From NCBI GenBank assembly GCA_964016885.1, contig OZ024747.1, forward strand, positions 79,484,001 to 79,548,000: a stretch of DNA of 64,000 nt. The letters run 5' to 3'. This document shows positions 1 through 15,428 of this stretch, one piece after another (the stretch's first letter is position 1; each line of letters starts with the position of its first letter). The notes below the pieces were generated by a model, which was not told where the DNA came from, did no database searches, and saw only the letters and a program-made list of their open reading frames with translations. The position numbers and the translations under genes are program-made. Source of the DNA: Eledone cirrhosa. Lineage: Eukaryota.

Positions 1-345
1 ACTGGTACTTTATTGTATCGTCTGTGGAAGGATGAAAGGCAGAGTGGGATTTAAACATAGAATGTAAAGAGCTGGTACTCATACCATAAAGTGTCTGGTG
101 CTCTAACAATTCTCTCAATCCACCATACTACAAAATAATAGGTACAAGGCCAACAACTTTGGAGGGAGGGAAAATTGATTAAATCTACCCCAGACATTAC
201 TGGTACTTTATCTATTAACCCCTGTAAGGATAAAAGGGCAAAGCTGACCTCGGTGGGATTTGAACTCAGAATGTAAAGAGCTGTAACTCTATGCCACAAA
301 GTATAATGTCTGATGCTCTACCGATACTGCTAATCCACAAAATAA
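1..345 (-). mobile_element. Two adjacent SINE family 1 copies
   Basis: ggatgaaaggc…gggatttgaactcaga homology to 57280-57470. Confidence 0.75.
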
Positions 346-2744
346 TAGTAATAATAATAATAATAGTAATAATATGTAATTTTGTTACAGGGGTGTACGT
401 TTCAAAAGAAATGTAGGGATGGGTAATAGTGACTACAATTCTTGTCTGATAAAAGAATATGGTACCTCTATATACTCTATATAGAAAAATACTCTATGGG
501 ACCTTTTTTTAATTGAGGTCTGAAGCAAGTGGTTATTTTGTTTAATGGTTAATACAGGGTTACCTTAGAGGGATAAAACAAAGTAAAGTGAAAACAGAAT
601 AAGATTTGAACTCAGAATGCAAATAATAATCACAACACTAAGGCTTATTATTATTATTATCATTATTATTATCATCATCATCATTACTGTATGGTCATTA
701 TTACTGAAGCAATCAAATATCTACAATACATCGGCAAGGGAGCAAAAAGAGTTAAAGTATGGAAGCTTTTAAGTGATATTTTATATAATTTGGTTTAAAA
801 GAAAAGAATTATGACAGAAATGAAAAAAAAAAAATTGAAGATAGTGAGGGCCTCCTAAATATTGGCAGTATTGATCTGAATGTTGAATAATCTTTTTTTT
901 TTTCAAGACAAAAATGTATAAAGGAGAGCAAATAACTAATCATTGATGTTCGCTGTAATTGAATTGGTCCTAATTAATTATTAGTGCTTATTTTACCAAC
1001 TTCAGTAGGAAGAGAAGCAAAGATGAGGAACAAATCTTACAAAACTTGCATAACAATCCATAAACTGTATATATTATTTAGTAGCTTCTACACTATCATC
1101 TACCAAACTCCAGTCACATCAGTCATCAGTCACACATAAATTGACCTTTTACATAAGTTGATTCACAATTTTCTATTTGTTGGATAACCGTTGTCTTAAC
1201 TTTCTCTTTTTAACTTTTATATTATATAGTCAAAATATTGAGTATTTTAAATTTTATACAAACGCGTATATACACAGTATTTTTGTATATATAATAATTT
1301 AGTCATGATAAAATATTTTATGACACACTTATTATTCGATGACTTTTACACCCATACCCTCAATATGAACTGAGTGTATAAATATAAACTGAACCTTGTT
1401 TCATAATAACTTGACATTCAAGCTCTATTTTCAACTTGAAGTTGTTGTGATGTAATTAAACATTATTATACATCGATTTGGTGTAATAGTCATTATCAAA
1501 CTTATATAATAACTTTAAAATACAACATTTAGACGATAAAACAGCTAAAATGTTATGATGTCAGAATGTGAATGTATGGCAAGTTAGAGATATTAACTGC
1601 TTCGACTGACCAAGAGGTGGTCAGCAGATGAAAATATATTCAACCAACACACTTCAATCATGATGGAAGTTTAGTCAGTTTTTATGTTAAGGATTCAGTT
1701 GATCCATTGACTAAACATCCAAGTCATGAATTAACTTGTAAGAGTTTGAGTGTTCCACAGATACACATATCATTAACAATTCTAAAACTGAATCAACATG
1801 AAACAATATGTGACAAAGCTGAACCTTTGATAAAAGTACAACCCATCCAAAATGTTTTTACACAGCTTAGATCTACCCAGTTTTACTTACAAGTCTTTGG
1901 TCAACTGAGGCTATGGTAAAGACACATGCTTGCTTGAGATGTGATACAGGGTTCAAACCTGAGACCTCATGATTGTAAAACAAACTTCTTAACCATTCAG
2001 CCAAGTCTATAATATTCACACTCCAAATATAGTAAAAATATTTAAAAAATAACAAAGACATTAAAAAATATTCAACAATCAATAAACAATACTACCAAAA
2101 TATTATAAAACAAAAGTAAACAGATTTAATCTGTGATGGCAGATAAAAAATTCCATCTCTATAAGACAATGGGTTGGGTGGGATTGTTTCATAATTCTAT
2201 TTGCAAAGATTTTTGATTATGGCAGCAGAAATTCCTACAACTCTGCTACTAGAAACTTCCATACTTAGCATCAGTTGCTCCTTTCTCGAAGTCTAAACAT
2301 TAAATTTTGTACAAGCAGCGCTGGTGTTTGCGAATTTGCGTATCGTATCCTGAACGTGTCTTCCAAATTTTCAGCCTGCTTAAACACCGGGCTTAACATT
2401 CATTGATTTTATAGTTTTCATATTTTGCGTTTATATTTGTTTAATTATATATATATATATATATATATTAGTATAAAGTAATAAATATTAACTAGAGATT
2501 AAATATTACACATATATAAACATACACATATTTCTATATAAAATATTCATTCTACATACATGTGTACATATAAGTAAATACACACACCACTAAATATACA
2601 CACCACTATTATATGGGTGCTGTACATCCATACCTCTCACTAACACACAGGCACTTATTAAAATTCTTTCACATACAATCTTTATATATCTCTGTTTGTA
2701 TTTTATTTTTTAATCAAAATCTGACTTTGTTTGGTAATATAATA

Positions 2745-2962
2745 ATTGTTTCTACTTTAGGCACAAGGCCAGCAATTTGAAGGGGAGGGGAAAGTCGATT
2801 AAATTGACCCCAGTGCAATACTGGTGCTTTATTTTATCGACCCTGTAAGGATGAAAGGCAAAGCTAACCTCGGCAGAATTTGAACGCACAACGTAAAGAC
2901 CGTAACTCTCTGCCGCGAATCAGGGTGTCTGACGCTCTACCGATTCTGCCAATCCACTGCCC
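2745..2962 (-). mobile_element. SINE family 1 copy
   Basis: Full-length homology, preceded by the (AAT)n tail. Confidence 0.85.
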
Positions 2963-3309
2963 TTGGTATTATAATAATGTTGATGATGGTGATGTCAACT
3001 GAAAAGAAATATTATATATACCAGGCAGGGTCAATAGATAGCCAGTGTACTTTTGATAAAAAATAAAAGGACATTTAAGAATGACATATGCAAAAATTTT
3101 AACAATAAGACCTTGAAAATTAGTGAAATACACTCAAAATCTGAATACAATATTTTAGACAGGTATAGTAATAATTTAAAGAATACAATAAAATATAAGT
3201 CCTGAAACTTGGAGAAAAAATAACCAAAAAATTATTTTAAAAACAATGTATAAATGTATTAGAGTTGAGCTTTTAATGTTGTATGCTTCTGACAGGGACC
3301 AGTCGCTAC

Positions 3310-3373
<64 letters not shown>

Positions 3374-3504
3374 GGAACTTTATAATACTAATTCTTCAGA
3401 GCACTGAACATTAACTAGTTAATCAGTGAATAAAGGTAAAGGGTGTATTTGTGGCATTAACTGATTTATATATTTTTAATATACTATTTACTAATATATA
3501 TATA

Positions 3505-3715
3505 GAGAGGTAGTACACTGGAAGGTAATATCCGTAGTGGTAGAGCACTAAGTCCATGGGACGAGTTTGGTAGAAGTAGTAACACAACAGTTAGTTCACC
3601 ATACCGAGAACAATTGTTTCACCTTATGCGGATCTTCAGCTCGGACCTGAAGATCCGCATAGGGTGAAACAATTGTTCTCGGTATGGTGAACTAACTGTT
3701 GTGTTACTACTGCTA
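3505..3715 (-). mobile_element. Penelope-like pLTR mini-element: ~68-bp-arm palindrome plus ~65-nt tail, in (TA)n
   Basis: Arms 3571-3639 and 3647-3715 (2 mismatches), loop ctcggac, TA-rich flanks. Contains a hammerhead motif. Confidence 0.65.
3604..3644 (-). ncRNA. Minimal type-I hammerhead ribozyme motif
   Basis: Minus strand reads CCGAG-CUGAAGA-uccgcauaaggu-GAAAC-aauu-GUU|CUCGG. Stem I is CCGAG/CUCGG, both core boxes are intact, stem III ACAAUUGU is self-complementary, and the NUH triplet is GUU. Stem II is weak. Confidence 0.7.
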
Positions 3716-3908
3716 TATATATATTATAAGGATTTACTGCTGACCTGTGGTTAAGTGTGAACCAGTAACATTTCATATATATATATATATATATATATAA
3801 ATATGTATATGTGTGTACTTCCATGCTAGCATCAGTTAGACGGGTTTGTCTAACCCAAGCTAGAGTGGAAGGGAGAGAGAAAGAATGCTGGTAACTGAAA
3901 TATTCTTT

Positions 3909-3955
<47 letters not shown>

Positions 3956-3963
<8 letters not shown>

Positions 3964-4213
3964 TATAAGCTATCGCTATTTTGACTAAAGAAATTAAAGA
4001 AATTATTTAGCCTGATAGTGGGGTTAAGAACCCTCGGAGAAATGGAAAAAGATGAGTATTGACGTACATGTACATCAATACTCATCTTTTTTCCATTTCT
4101 CTGAGAGTTCTTAACCCCACTATCAGGCTAAATAATTTCTTTTAGTCAAAATACGGCGATAGCTTATATTTCTAATTTCAAACTCGCTCGCTGTTTCGAA
4201 AATATTCTTACTT

Positions 4214-4215
<2 letters not shown>
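3956..4215. repeat. Asymmetric palindrome (~110-bp imperfect arms centred on gtacatgtac at 4064-4073, ~40-nt tail) between (TA)n tracts; probable PLE-type insert
   Basis: 3956-4068 is the reverse complement of 4069-4176 with small indels. Confidence 0.75.
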
Positions 4216-4262
<47 letters not shown>

Positions 4263-4981
4263 TTTAGAGGAAAATATAGGGTGTTGCGACATTCATGCCT
4301 TTTGTTTTTTTTTATATGAGGGAGCATTAAGAGTGTGACTGAAGTGGACTGTGTTCAAGTGGGAATTGTAAAAATGCCCTCACAGACACATCTTGCTAGA
4401 AGCATACATATTAATAAAGCTCACCATTTCTCTATTACATTTTAAAATTAGCAAAGAAAAAAGTTAATAATAATAATAATGGTCTTTAATTTAGGCACAA
4501 GGCCTGCAATATGGGGGTTGGGCTGGGGTAGTGAATTATTTTCAATATGAAAGTAAAGTTGACCTCAGCAAGATTTGAACTCAGAAGTTAAAGACCCAGA
4601 ACAAATACTACGAAGCATTAGTCTGATACTCTAACAATTCTGTCAAACATTATTTTTTGAAATTGTTAATTAAATGAAATCTAGATTAAAATGGTATTTA
4701 TAATGGGCAAATACTTTTGTTTGTTTTTGTACATTTGTATATAACTTATGTTCATTCATATGTGCATAAATATATATATATATATGTGTGTGTATGTGTG
4801 TGTGTATGTGTGTGTGTACGTGCATGCGTATATATATATATACACACATGTAAAATTTTTTACACATGTAAATATATATATATATATACACACACAAGTA
4901 AACAATTTTCATTGAAAGTTGTTCATTTTAAAGTTTTCAATGATTTTAACAAAATGTCTCAAAATATCATTATTATTATTA

Positions 4982-5018
<37 letters not shown>

Positions 5019-7070
5019 CAAGAGCGTGAAGTATTGTGTAAAGTGTAGAAAATAGTGTTTTATTTCGAAGGGCTACCGAAATATAAGGACAACATTTTTG
5101 ATGAAAACAACATTTTTGTTATCATCAAACTTTTAACAATTAATGTTCCATTTGCATTGTTGCATTGTGGTAGCCTTCTAATAAAGTATTATTTTCTACA
5201 TTAATATTATCATCATCATCATAACATCATGATATTAATGTGACTTCCACATCTAAAAAAAAAAACCCCCACAACAAACACAATTAAATAAAAAACTGGT
5301 ATGAAATGTTATGGCTCACAACTATGTAGCTTTAGTTGGTCTCCTATGAAGTTGTACCTCATTGAAGGTTTTTGGGGACATTTTAATAGCCTTAGTCTGA
5401 TCATGTTGTTACAGCTCACAACTATGAAGGTTTAGAAAACCTTCTATGAGGTTAAACCTTATAGAAGGTTTCTTGTCTGTTTCTATGATAGGGGCTCCAG
5501 TTTTAACATGTGTGTGTGTACATATATAAATATATGTATCTTGTAGTTACAGCTCACACCTATGTAGGCTTAGCTGATCTCCTATGAGGGTTTCTTGGGT
5601 GTTTTAATCATAGGGGCCACTATACTAGCATGAAAAAAAAGCAACTGGGAAAAGAGCACCATAGTCAAGAACACAACATGCTGCCCAGTCCAAGAATGAA
5701 ACCCATGACCTTATGAGTTATTTTCAACAAACTAACCACTAGGCCACATGCCTTCACTACAACAACAAATGTCAAAGCCTAAATGATAAAAATAGAATAT
5801 ATTTTATGAAGAAAACTTCATTGCATTTCTTTTACACTAATCTACATTTTATTAGACACATTACTGACTCTGTTATCTATAATTAATAATCTCTAATTAT
5901 ACATAACAATATATATATGTATCATACATAATTATAATTTGCTTAATACATACATATATATAGATTACATACATATATATATATATATATATACATATGT
6001 ATAGATGTATAATCATATATATCCATATATTATATATATATACACATACATACCTACACACACATTATATAATATATAAATACGCATAATAAAAAATGCC
6101 CTATATATATTACAAGAAATGCTTCATTATCATATATACATGTATATGGATGCACATACTTACAAACCAGTCTTATCATAAAAAATCAATGTGAAATGAA
6201 GTATCTTGCTCAAGAATACAACACATAGCCCAGGCCAGGAATTGAACCCATGACCTTATGATCATAAAAACAACACCCTCACCACATGCCTTCATGATAT
6301 TGTTGTCATGGAAATATGGTGATAAATCTTTAGTGGGAAAAAAAGAATGTATTTTGCTGCCATTTGATGAGGAGAAATTAAATAGGATCTTTTAAAACTT
6401 TGGTTCTCTTTATTCAATTATTTATTAATATTATTATCATATTTATTATTATTATAATTATTTTCATTTTGAATTTGAAAGTATCTGAAAGAAGAAGAGG
6501 GGCAATAACTTCTTCAAGAGATTGAAACAATGAATTCTCCCTCAATGTGACTGCTTCACCATTTAGAAACAATAGCAGCAGCCACACATATCCCTTAAAA
6601 TCACACCCTAACACCTTACATAAATAAGGATATATCGGATAATGTAGTCCTCTTATATACATAAAAAAATGGGATTGTCAAGGCTGGAATAGCTTTGATC
6701 AATTGGTCTGTTTGATCAGGGCTGACCTGGGATTAAACAACAACAACAACAACAACAACTACAACAAACTTTATCCTATATATGTCTATTATGACATAAG
6801 TTTAAAGACTATGTGAGAGAGAAAATATAATAATGATGGATCCTGTGTCACTTTTGATAACGAGCATAAGTTGTTTGATCAACTTGAATGTCAAGTTTAC
6901 GAATTAACATTTAAGTGGTTGAGTATTCCACAGACAAATGTACCTTTAATGTAATTCCAAAAGCTGAATCAGGGTGACACATTATGTGGTATAGCTGGAC
7001 ATTTGAATTACAAGTAGAATTTCTTCTGATAGGCTTCTACACAATTTCCATCTACCCAGTTTCACTGACA

Positions 7071-7163
7071 AGTGTTGGGCCAGCTCAAGGCTATGGCAGC
7101 TCAAGTGTTGGGCCAGCTCAAGGCTATGGCAGCTCAAGTGTTGGGCCAGCTCAAGGCTATGGC
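7071..7163. repeat. 33-bp tandem repeat x~3
   Basis: Unit agtgttgggccagctcaaggctatggcagctca. Confidence 0.9.
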
Positions 7164-7859
7164 AAAGACACTTGTCCAAGATGTCATACAGTGGGATCAA
7201 TCCTGGGCTCTGATGATTGTGAAGTGAACTTCTGAACCACACAACCTGGCCTGCATCAATATTACATTTACAGAGGCACAAGGCCACATATTATAGGTAG
7301 AGGTGTAGTTGATTAAATAGCTCTCAGTACTTGCCTGGGTATTTTTATTTTCTTGATTCTGGAAGGATGGAAGGCAAAACTGAACCAAGCAGGATTCAAA
7401 CTCAGAATATAAAGAGATGTAACTAAATACCACAAAGCATTTTGTCTGTTTCTCTATTATCTCTGCCATCTACTCTGGATTTCTAAATTTGACACAAGGT
7501 CATACCTTTTGTGGAGAGAGTTTAGGTCACACCTTTTGTGGGGAGAGTTTAGTTGATATAAGCTCCAGTACTTAACTGGTAACCTTACTTTATGATTCAA
7601 AGAGTGTGAGTTAACAGAATCATTAGAGCATAGGACATAATGCCTGCAGTATTTAATTATGACTTTTTACATACCGAGTTCCAGTCCTGCCAAGGTCAAC
7701 TTTGACTTTCATCATTCTGAGCTTGAGAAAATAAAGTTCCTGTCAAGTACTGGAGTCATCTAATAGCAGACAAACCAAAGAAGGATGAAAGCAACACAAC
7801 TAAATACTGGAAAACATTTTATACACTTCTCTAACCAATGCTGCCATTCACTGATCCCT

Positions 7860-7860
7860 G

Positions 7861-7914
<54 letters not shown>

Positions 7915-8580
7915 GTTTCTAGTATAGGCACAAGGCCAGCAATTTTGAGGGGAGGGGAAAGTCGATTAAATCGACCCCAGTGCGTGACTGGTACTTTATT
8001 TTATCGACCCCGTAAGGATGAAAGGCAAAGTCAACCTCGGCGGAATTTGAACTCAGATCATAAAGAGCCGTAACTCCATGCTGCAAAGCATGGCATCCGA
8101 CCCTCTACCAATTCTGCCAATCTACCACCCTAATAATAATACTAATTGTTTCTACTTTAGGCACAAGGCCTGCAATTACCCAGTACATTACTGGTACTTT
8201 ATTTTATCGACCTCGTAAGGATGAAAGGCAAAGTTAACCCCGGCGGGATTTGAACTCAGAATGGCAAGGGCCGTAACTCTATGCGTCAAAGCATGGTGTC
8301 GGACCCTCTACTGATACTGCCAATCTACCACCCTAATAATAATAATAATAGTGAGTTCTGATATGGGCACAAGGCCAGCAATTTAGGGAAAGGAGAAAGT
8401 CGATTAAATCGACCCCAGTGGTATTTGAACTGTCTTCTAATAATGGTTTCTAATTTTGACATATGGCCAGCAATTTAGGGTGTAAGTAGATTACATCGAC
8501 ACCAGTATTTTACTGGTCCTTTATTTTATCGACCCCAGAAGAATGAAAGGCAAAGTTGACCTTGGCGGGATTTGAACCAC
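7860..8580 (-). mobile_element. Cluster of about 4 tandem SINE family 1 copies separated by (AAT)n
   Basis: Copies at ~7912-8130, 8143-8335, 8350-8430 and 8440-8580. Confidence 0.85.
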
Positions 8581-8787
8581 CTTCTAATAACAACATTTAA
8601 AATGATTGTTATAGCAGAAATAACAATAACAATAACAACAACTGTAAAAATAACAACAGAAGAAAAACCAAAAAAACTCCCCCAAAACAACAACTATATT
8701 AAGGATTTCTTCTAACAAGGAGCAAGGCCAGTTATATAAACATGTAGGGAGTCTAATTGAATTAAACCCCCATTATACTTCATCTAC

Positions 8788-8962
8788 TGATAACATGTGG
8801 TATCCATGTCTAGCTTAATAACACGTGATATCCATGTCTAACTTGATAACATGTAGTATCCATGTCTAGCTTGATAACATGTAGTATCCATGTCTAGCTT
8901 GATAACATGTAGTATCCATGTCTAGCTTGATACCATCTAGTATCCATGTCTAGCTTGATACT
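8788..8962. repeat. 28-bp minisatellite x~6
   Basis: Unit gataacatgtagtatccatgtctagctt. Confidence 0.92.
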
Positions 8963-10334
8963 AGCTTTGCCACATTCACTCCTCTAAATTAAAAAAAAAA
9001 ATGATAATAAATACAGATAAAACAACAGAATTTTGAAAGTATGTCAGTTTGAAGTGAACTGCTTCAATGCAGGGTTGTTGTTTTTTTTTACTATGACAAA
9101 CAGTCAAATAAGTAGGCCTTACCCACAGGTGATATTGTAAACTTTTAGGGGCTTATATACCCACTATTTGACTATTTCTCAGAATCAAAAGACCTGCATT
9201 TAATCAGCTTATTTTAAGCTGATATACATTAAAAATTCAAAATTTGCTCAACACTTTGTGGGTATCATTGATTTAACAACAATGGAGTTTCATAACACCC
9301 AAAGAATTTTGTCAATAACAAGAACAAAAAGGAAAGGACTTGATCATCAAATTGACCAAGGAAACCATGTTTCTATTGGTCTTTCTAGTGCCAATACTCT
9401 CTGCCAGTTGAAACTCCTGGAAGAAGCATCACTGCTTTTCTGGTGACAGGAGCCAGGATTTGAACTCAGAATGCAGAGAGTTAGAACAGATACCCCAAAG
9501 TATCCTATCTAACTTTTTAATAATTCCACCAATCCACTGCCCTTGGACTGGTACTTTATTTATTGATCTCGAAAGGATGAAAGGAAAAGTTGACCTGAGT
9601 GGGATTTGAACTCAGTGTCAAAGAGCCAGAACATATAGTGAGGCATTTAACCCAGTGCTCTAAGGACTCCATCAATTTTCCACTAAAACTTCTATCAAAA
9701 ACATCAAAGCCATAATAAAAATACAATTAACATTGAAATGTGTTACAGAGATTCATGTTAAATAGAACAAAGTACATTTAGAAATAATTCTTTGTAGCAG
9801 AACTGATGTTTTAGTTTACCTGTATATATGTATGTGTGTGTGTGTGCATGATGTGTGTGGGTGTGCATGTGTGTGTGTGTGTGTTGACATATGGTAAGAC
9901 TCCCTAAAAGGGAACTTTTCTGGGAGCCTAAAAGTGACTGTTTGATTTGGTAGAAATAAACTGTGTTCTTTCATCTTAAAATTGGATGGTCATATCTGAT
10001 TATACAATCCTAGATTCATTATGCCTGAAGAAAATATAGGATGATTACAGAAGGGTCAGTTGTCTTCTCCTTTGATTATGAGTTTGTTTGATCAGGGCTG
10101 ATGTGGGGTGAAGAGGTGGGATGGGGTAAACAACACCACCAAACAATCACTACGATTTCTGAAGCAAGAATGCCATATTTCTTTTAAGCATTATAAAAAT
10201 ATGTTTTACATCTAAATCCCATTTCACCAAATTCTGTTTCCTTAATGTTAAAAAAAAAAATCTTTTGAATTCATTTTCCAAATAAAGATATTCTGAACCC
10301 CAAATGTTGATATTCTGAATATCAAAAATATGTT

Positions 10335-10484
10335 ACCCCTGATGAGGGTTGGTAACTAGGGTGGTAATGAGGGCCCTCCATTGGGATCTTTTACCTTATA
10401 ATCTATAACTACTCAGCAACTTAATATGTATTGAGTACTACTCTGATTTGTGGTTTTCATGTTCTTTGAACCATGAACACATCA
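10335..10484 (+). mobile_element. Degenerate Penelope-like pLTR fragment
   Basis: acccCTGATGAgggt (hammerhead 5' box), then a tail with gtattgagtac…tgtggtt resembling 17169-17238 (minus strand). Ends in tatata. Confidence 0.4.
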
Positions 10485-10884
10485 TATATATAGCAAAGCC
10501 ACGACAGATCTTAGATGTGATCAGATTTTCAACAAAGTATCACAAAAAGTGAACAGGAAATTCTATCTAAACTATTTTAATTTTCTCATTAGTCATTACT
10601 GAAAAATTAGCTTAATGACTAATAAGAAAAAAATGATTAGTATGGCATCCATGACATCAACGTTATTTTCATTGACATCAGTTGTTCAGTTTACATATTT
10701 ATTTCCTGGCAGACAAGGAGTAAAGACTGAGACCCTTATTGTGTGCCACAGCTGGACTTTGGTACAGGTTGTGTAGGGTTAATTAAGTCTAGATGAGGTG
10801 GGGAGAGGGAGTTAAAGGAAGAGTATGGATAAATTTGGGAACGAAAAATAGGCAAACAGCAATAAGATTACGTGAAGAGTTGGG

Positions 10885-11343
10885 TGATTGGTTGGTTGGT
10901 TTATTGGTTGGTTGGTTGGTTGAGTGGTTGGTTGGTTGAGTGGTTGGTTGGTTGGTTGGTTGAGTGGTTGGTTGGTTGGTTGAGTGGTTGGTTGGTTGGT
11001 TGGTTGGTTTATTGGTAGGTTGGTTGGTTGAGTGGTTGGTTGGTTGGTTGAGTGGTTGGTTGGTTGGTTGGTTGGTTGGTTTATTGGTTGGTTGAGTGGT
11101 TGGTTGGTAGGTTGAGTGGTTGGTTGGTAGGTTGAGTGGTTGGTTGGTTGGTTGAGTGGTTGGTTGGTTGGTTGAGTGGTTGGTTGGTTGAGTGGTTGGT
11201 TGGTTGGTTTATTGGTTGGTTGGTTGGTTGAGTGGTTGGTTGGTAGGTTGAGTGGTTGGTTGGTTGGTTGGTTTATTGGTTGGTTTATTGGTTGGTTGGT
11301 TGGTTGGTTGGGTTATTGGTTGGTTGGTTGGGTTATTGGTTGG
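10885..11343. repeat. (GGTT)n microsatellite with GAGT/TTATT variants
   Basis: Directly visible. Confidence 0.97.
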
Positions 11344-11589
11344 ATGGAGTGGAGGATAGTAATGAAACATTGAAATGAGTGTATGTATATATGATTGTAC
11401 CTGTGTTGTGTGTGTATGAGAGAGAAAAAGGGAGAGAGCATATGTATGTCTGTGTTTATGTATGAAGGTAAGTATATTTGTTTCTGTCTGTTTATGTGTA
11501 TGTATATATATATATGTGTGTATATATGTGTGTGCATGTATATGTATGTATGTATGTGCATGTTTGTATGTGTCTGTATAAACATCTTC

Positions 11590-11812
11590 CTAAGCTGTCT
11601 AAGCTTTGCTTTTATTGGGTCACTGTGGGCAGAGACAGAGATATGACCCAGCAGTAGCAGCAATGATAATCTGGGCCAACAACGCAGTACAAATGCAACA
11701 TTTGCAGTGGAGTCTGTGGATCACATATTGAACTTTTCATTGATGTACATGCCGACCACTGGATCATGAAGAGATACACTATTGCTGACTTTGATGGACA
11801 ACAAGGAAAGAA
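11590..11812 (+). mobile_element. Degenerate RTE-clade LINE 3' end
   Basis: Manual translation PTTQYKCNICSGVCGSHIELF resembles the RTE terminal C..C…C.SRIGL.SH finger. Confidence 0.45.
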
Positions 11813-13289
11813 GATGTGTGTATGTGTATTATAAGCATGTGCATATGTGTTAAGTAAAAAACTTGTTTGATGTACACTGCTGCCACTATATGTCTAAAAT
11901 GTTAAATTAGTTGGTCCAAGCTTGAATATCAAGCATTGTAAATGACCAGAAGAATGATGCAGTATATTTGCTCTTCTATTGAGAACAATAAATTAGGAAC
12001 ATATATTTATATGATTATGACCCTCAGGAATCATAGAGTCTTTATTTTACATTCTTTAACCCAGATATTTATGTCTTTAAGCAGATGAGAAAGACGTTTA
12101 TCTATCTAGATAAACGTCTGCAAGTAATTTTGTTAGGTTTAGCAGATGTGAGTTCCATTCCTATCATGAACTATGCTCTTTAGTAGAATTTCTTGTGTTT
12201 ATTAAACTGGCCATTAACAAATAAATGAAAGGATTAATTTGATTTTGAGTGGATATGAATTAAAAATTGTGAGATATTGAACTCTGGCACCAATGAGTAC
12301 CCAGTCCAACAGCTTTTGCTTTTTTTGTTGAAATGTTTCGACATTTTATTTGCTCTGTTTTATATAGATGGAAAGGACCTCTGTCGATTTCAACAACGAG
12401 TGTTCCAGTTGTTCAATCAACAGAACATCTTGCTTATGAAATTAACGTGTAAGTGGCTGAGCATTCCACACAAACGTGTGTCCTTAACATAATTCTCAGG
12501 GAGATGCAGGCATGACACAGTATATGACAAGGCTGGCTCAGATATAGTCCATGCCAGACTTCCATACAATTTGCCTCTACTCAATACCACTCAGAAGGCA
12601 AGAGTCAACCTGTGGCTATGATAAACAACATTTGCCCAAGATGTCACACAATGGGATCAAACCCACCATACAGCATCTACTTTATGTAGATATAGGAGCA
12701 TTGCTGGAGCTGAACATGTTTAGACATGCTAAACACTTCCAGCCCAGATATGTTTAGTGGGTTTAAACCTTCAAAGAACAAAATCCACAAACACAACTAA
12801 AAATACGTGTCTAGAATAGCAAAGAATTTAGCTCTATATATAGAGAGTGTGTGTGTAGGTCTATGTGTGTGAGTGTGTAGGTCTATGTAGCATAGCATGT
12901 GTTTACATCTGGCAGTGTAGTATGTGTGTTTTTGTATTCGTGTAGTATGTGTGTGTGTATATCTGTGTAGTGTGTGTATACATGTATCTGTGTTGCATGC
13001 ATATTTGTGTGTGTTTGCATGTGTGCTTATGTCTGTATGTGTATATTCTTCACTGAAATATATCTTCTGTTGATGGTGTTTTCTTCATTAAAATTGAAGA
13101 AAGTATATATATATATATATATATATTTATAAATACATGGTATAGATCCATTGAAACTGTTTCTGGATTCAGGACAGAAGAGATCCAGAAAAACAAGTTT
13201 TTACATTATTTCTGCTGGCCAAAGGATGGAATAGAGTTTCTGGATTCATTTTCAGATCAAAGACGAAACAGACAGATCGACTGAAATAC

Positions 13290-13320
<31 letters not shown>

Positions 13321-13402
13321 GTATATATATATATATATGAAATATGTATATATATATATATGAAATATGTATATATATATATATGAAATATGTGTATATA
13401 TA

Positions 13403-13452
<50 letters not shown>

Positions 13453-14639
13453 GTATATATATATATATATTTATATATGTATATATATATGAAATATGTA
13501 TATATATATTTATATATATATATATATATATAAAATATGTATATATATATATTTATATATATATATATATATATAAAATATGTATATATATATATTTATA
13601 TATATATATATATATATAAAATATGTATATATATATATTTATATATATATATATATATGAAATATATATATTTATATATATATATATATATATGAAATAT
13701 GTATATATATATTTATATATATATATATATGAAATATGTACATATATATTTATATATATATATATATTATAAATGTATATATATATGTGAAATATTTATA
13801 TATGTGAAATATATATATATATATAATGAATAAAATATATCCAAAGTCAGAAAAGGTTTTTTGAAATACTCCAACTTGGAATAACTCTGCTGTAGCACTT
13901 CCTAAATTGTGGATCAAGGCTGGAAAGAAGCTTATTGAATGCCTCAAGTATCAACAATGGAATCAATTTGCTGAAAATAGTTTTGGGATTTATGAATGAA
14001 ACAATAATTCTGATGAATTCTGGACATTTAACAAAAAAAAGAATGGAATAAATTTAATTGATATAGATTTTTTTTTAGATCAATAATATAATAGATCCAG
14101 TGAAATAGTTTCTGGAATAACAAATAAAATATATCCATTTCTCATTCAAACATAGAAGTAGTTCTCTGGAAAATGGGTTTGGTTACATTCTTTGCCTGTT
14201 TCTTTCTTCCATTCTTTTATTCATTTATCCATTTACTGGTTTCAGTCATTAGATTGTGGCCTGCTGGGGTACCACCTTCTTGTTACTTTTCCTTATTTTT
14301 TTCTGTCTTTGTGACTTTCTTAAACTTTCTACAGGAAATAAATATAATTGTGTCCTTTTTTATAATTATTTTTAATTGTCTTGTTGTCACTCATCAATAA
14401 TCAATATTGTTAGCCTTTTTATGTTAATTATAATTACTGTAATGTCTCCTCAGTCATGTAGCAAGTGAATTAGATTTTGTATTGTTATTATTATTAGTAG
14501 TGGTTGTAGTAATAGTAGTAGTAGTGGTGGTAGTACCACCAAAACCAATAGCAACAATGTTATAACTGAGAATTTAGCCAAATGTTGTTTACATATTTCA
14601 TAGTCTTATATATCTATATCTATCTATCACTCTATATAA

Positions 14640-14693
<54 letters not shown>

Positions 14694-14844
14694 TTATATG
14701 TATATATATATATATTCTTATATATATATATATATATATATTCTTATATATATATATATATAAATATATATTCTTATATGTATATATATATATTCTTATA
14801 TATAAATATATATATATTCTTATATGTATATATATATATATATT

Positions 14845-15217
<373 letters not shown>

Positions 15218-15268
15218 ATATATATATATATATATATAAGAATATATATAAGAATATATATATATATT

Positions 15269-15302
<34 letters not shown>

Positions 15303-15356
15303 GATATTCTTATATATATATATATATAAGAATATATATATAAATATATATATATG

Positions 15357-15428
<72 letters not shown>

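Noticed and set aside
2260-2440. Short minus-strand frames (MLSPVFKQ…, MKTIKSMNVKPGV*) as a host exon or PLE end with hammerhead
   Set aside because: No recognisable domain or splice support; the hammerhead-like boxes are degenerate and stem I does not pair.
6984-7235. ORF with SSVGPAQGYG repeats resembling a structural or silk-like protein
   Set aside because: Produced by a 33-bp triplication within SINE-like repeat sequence.
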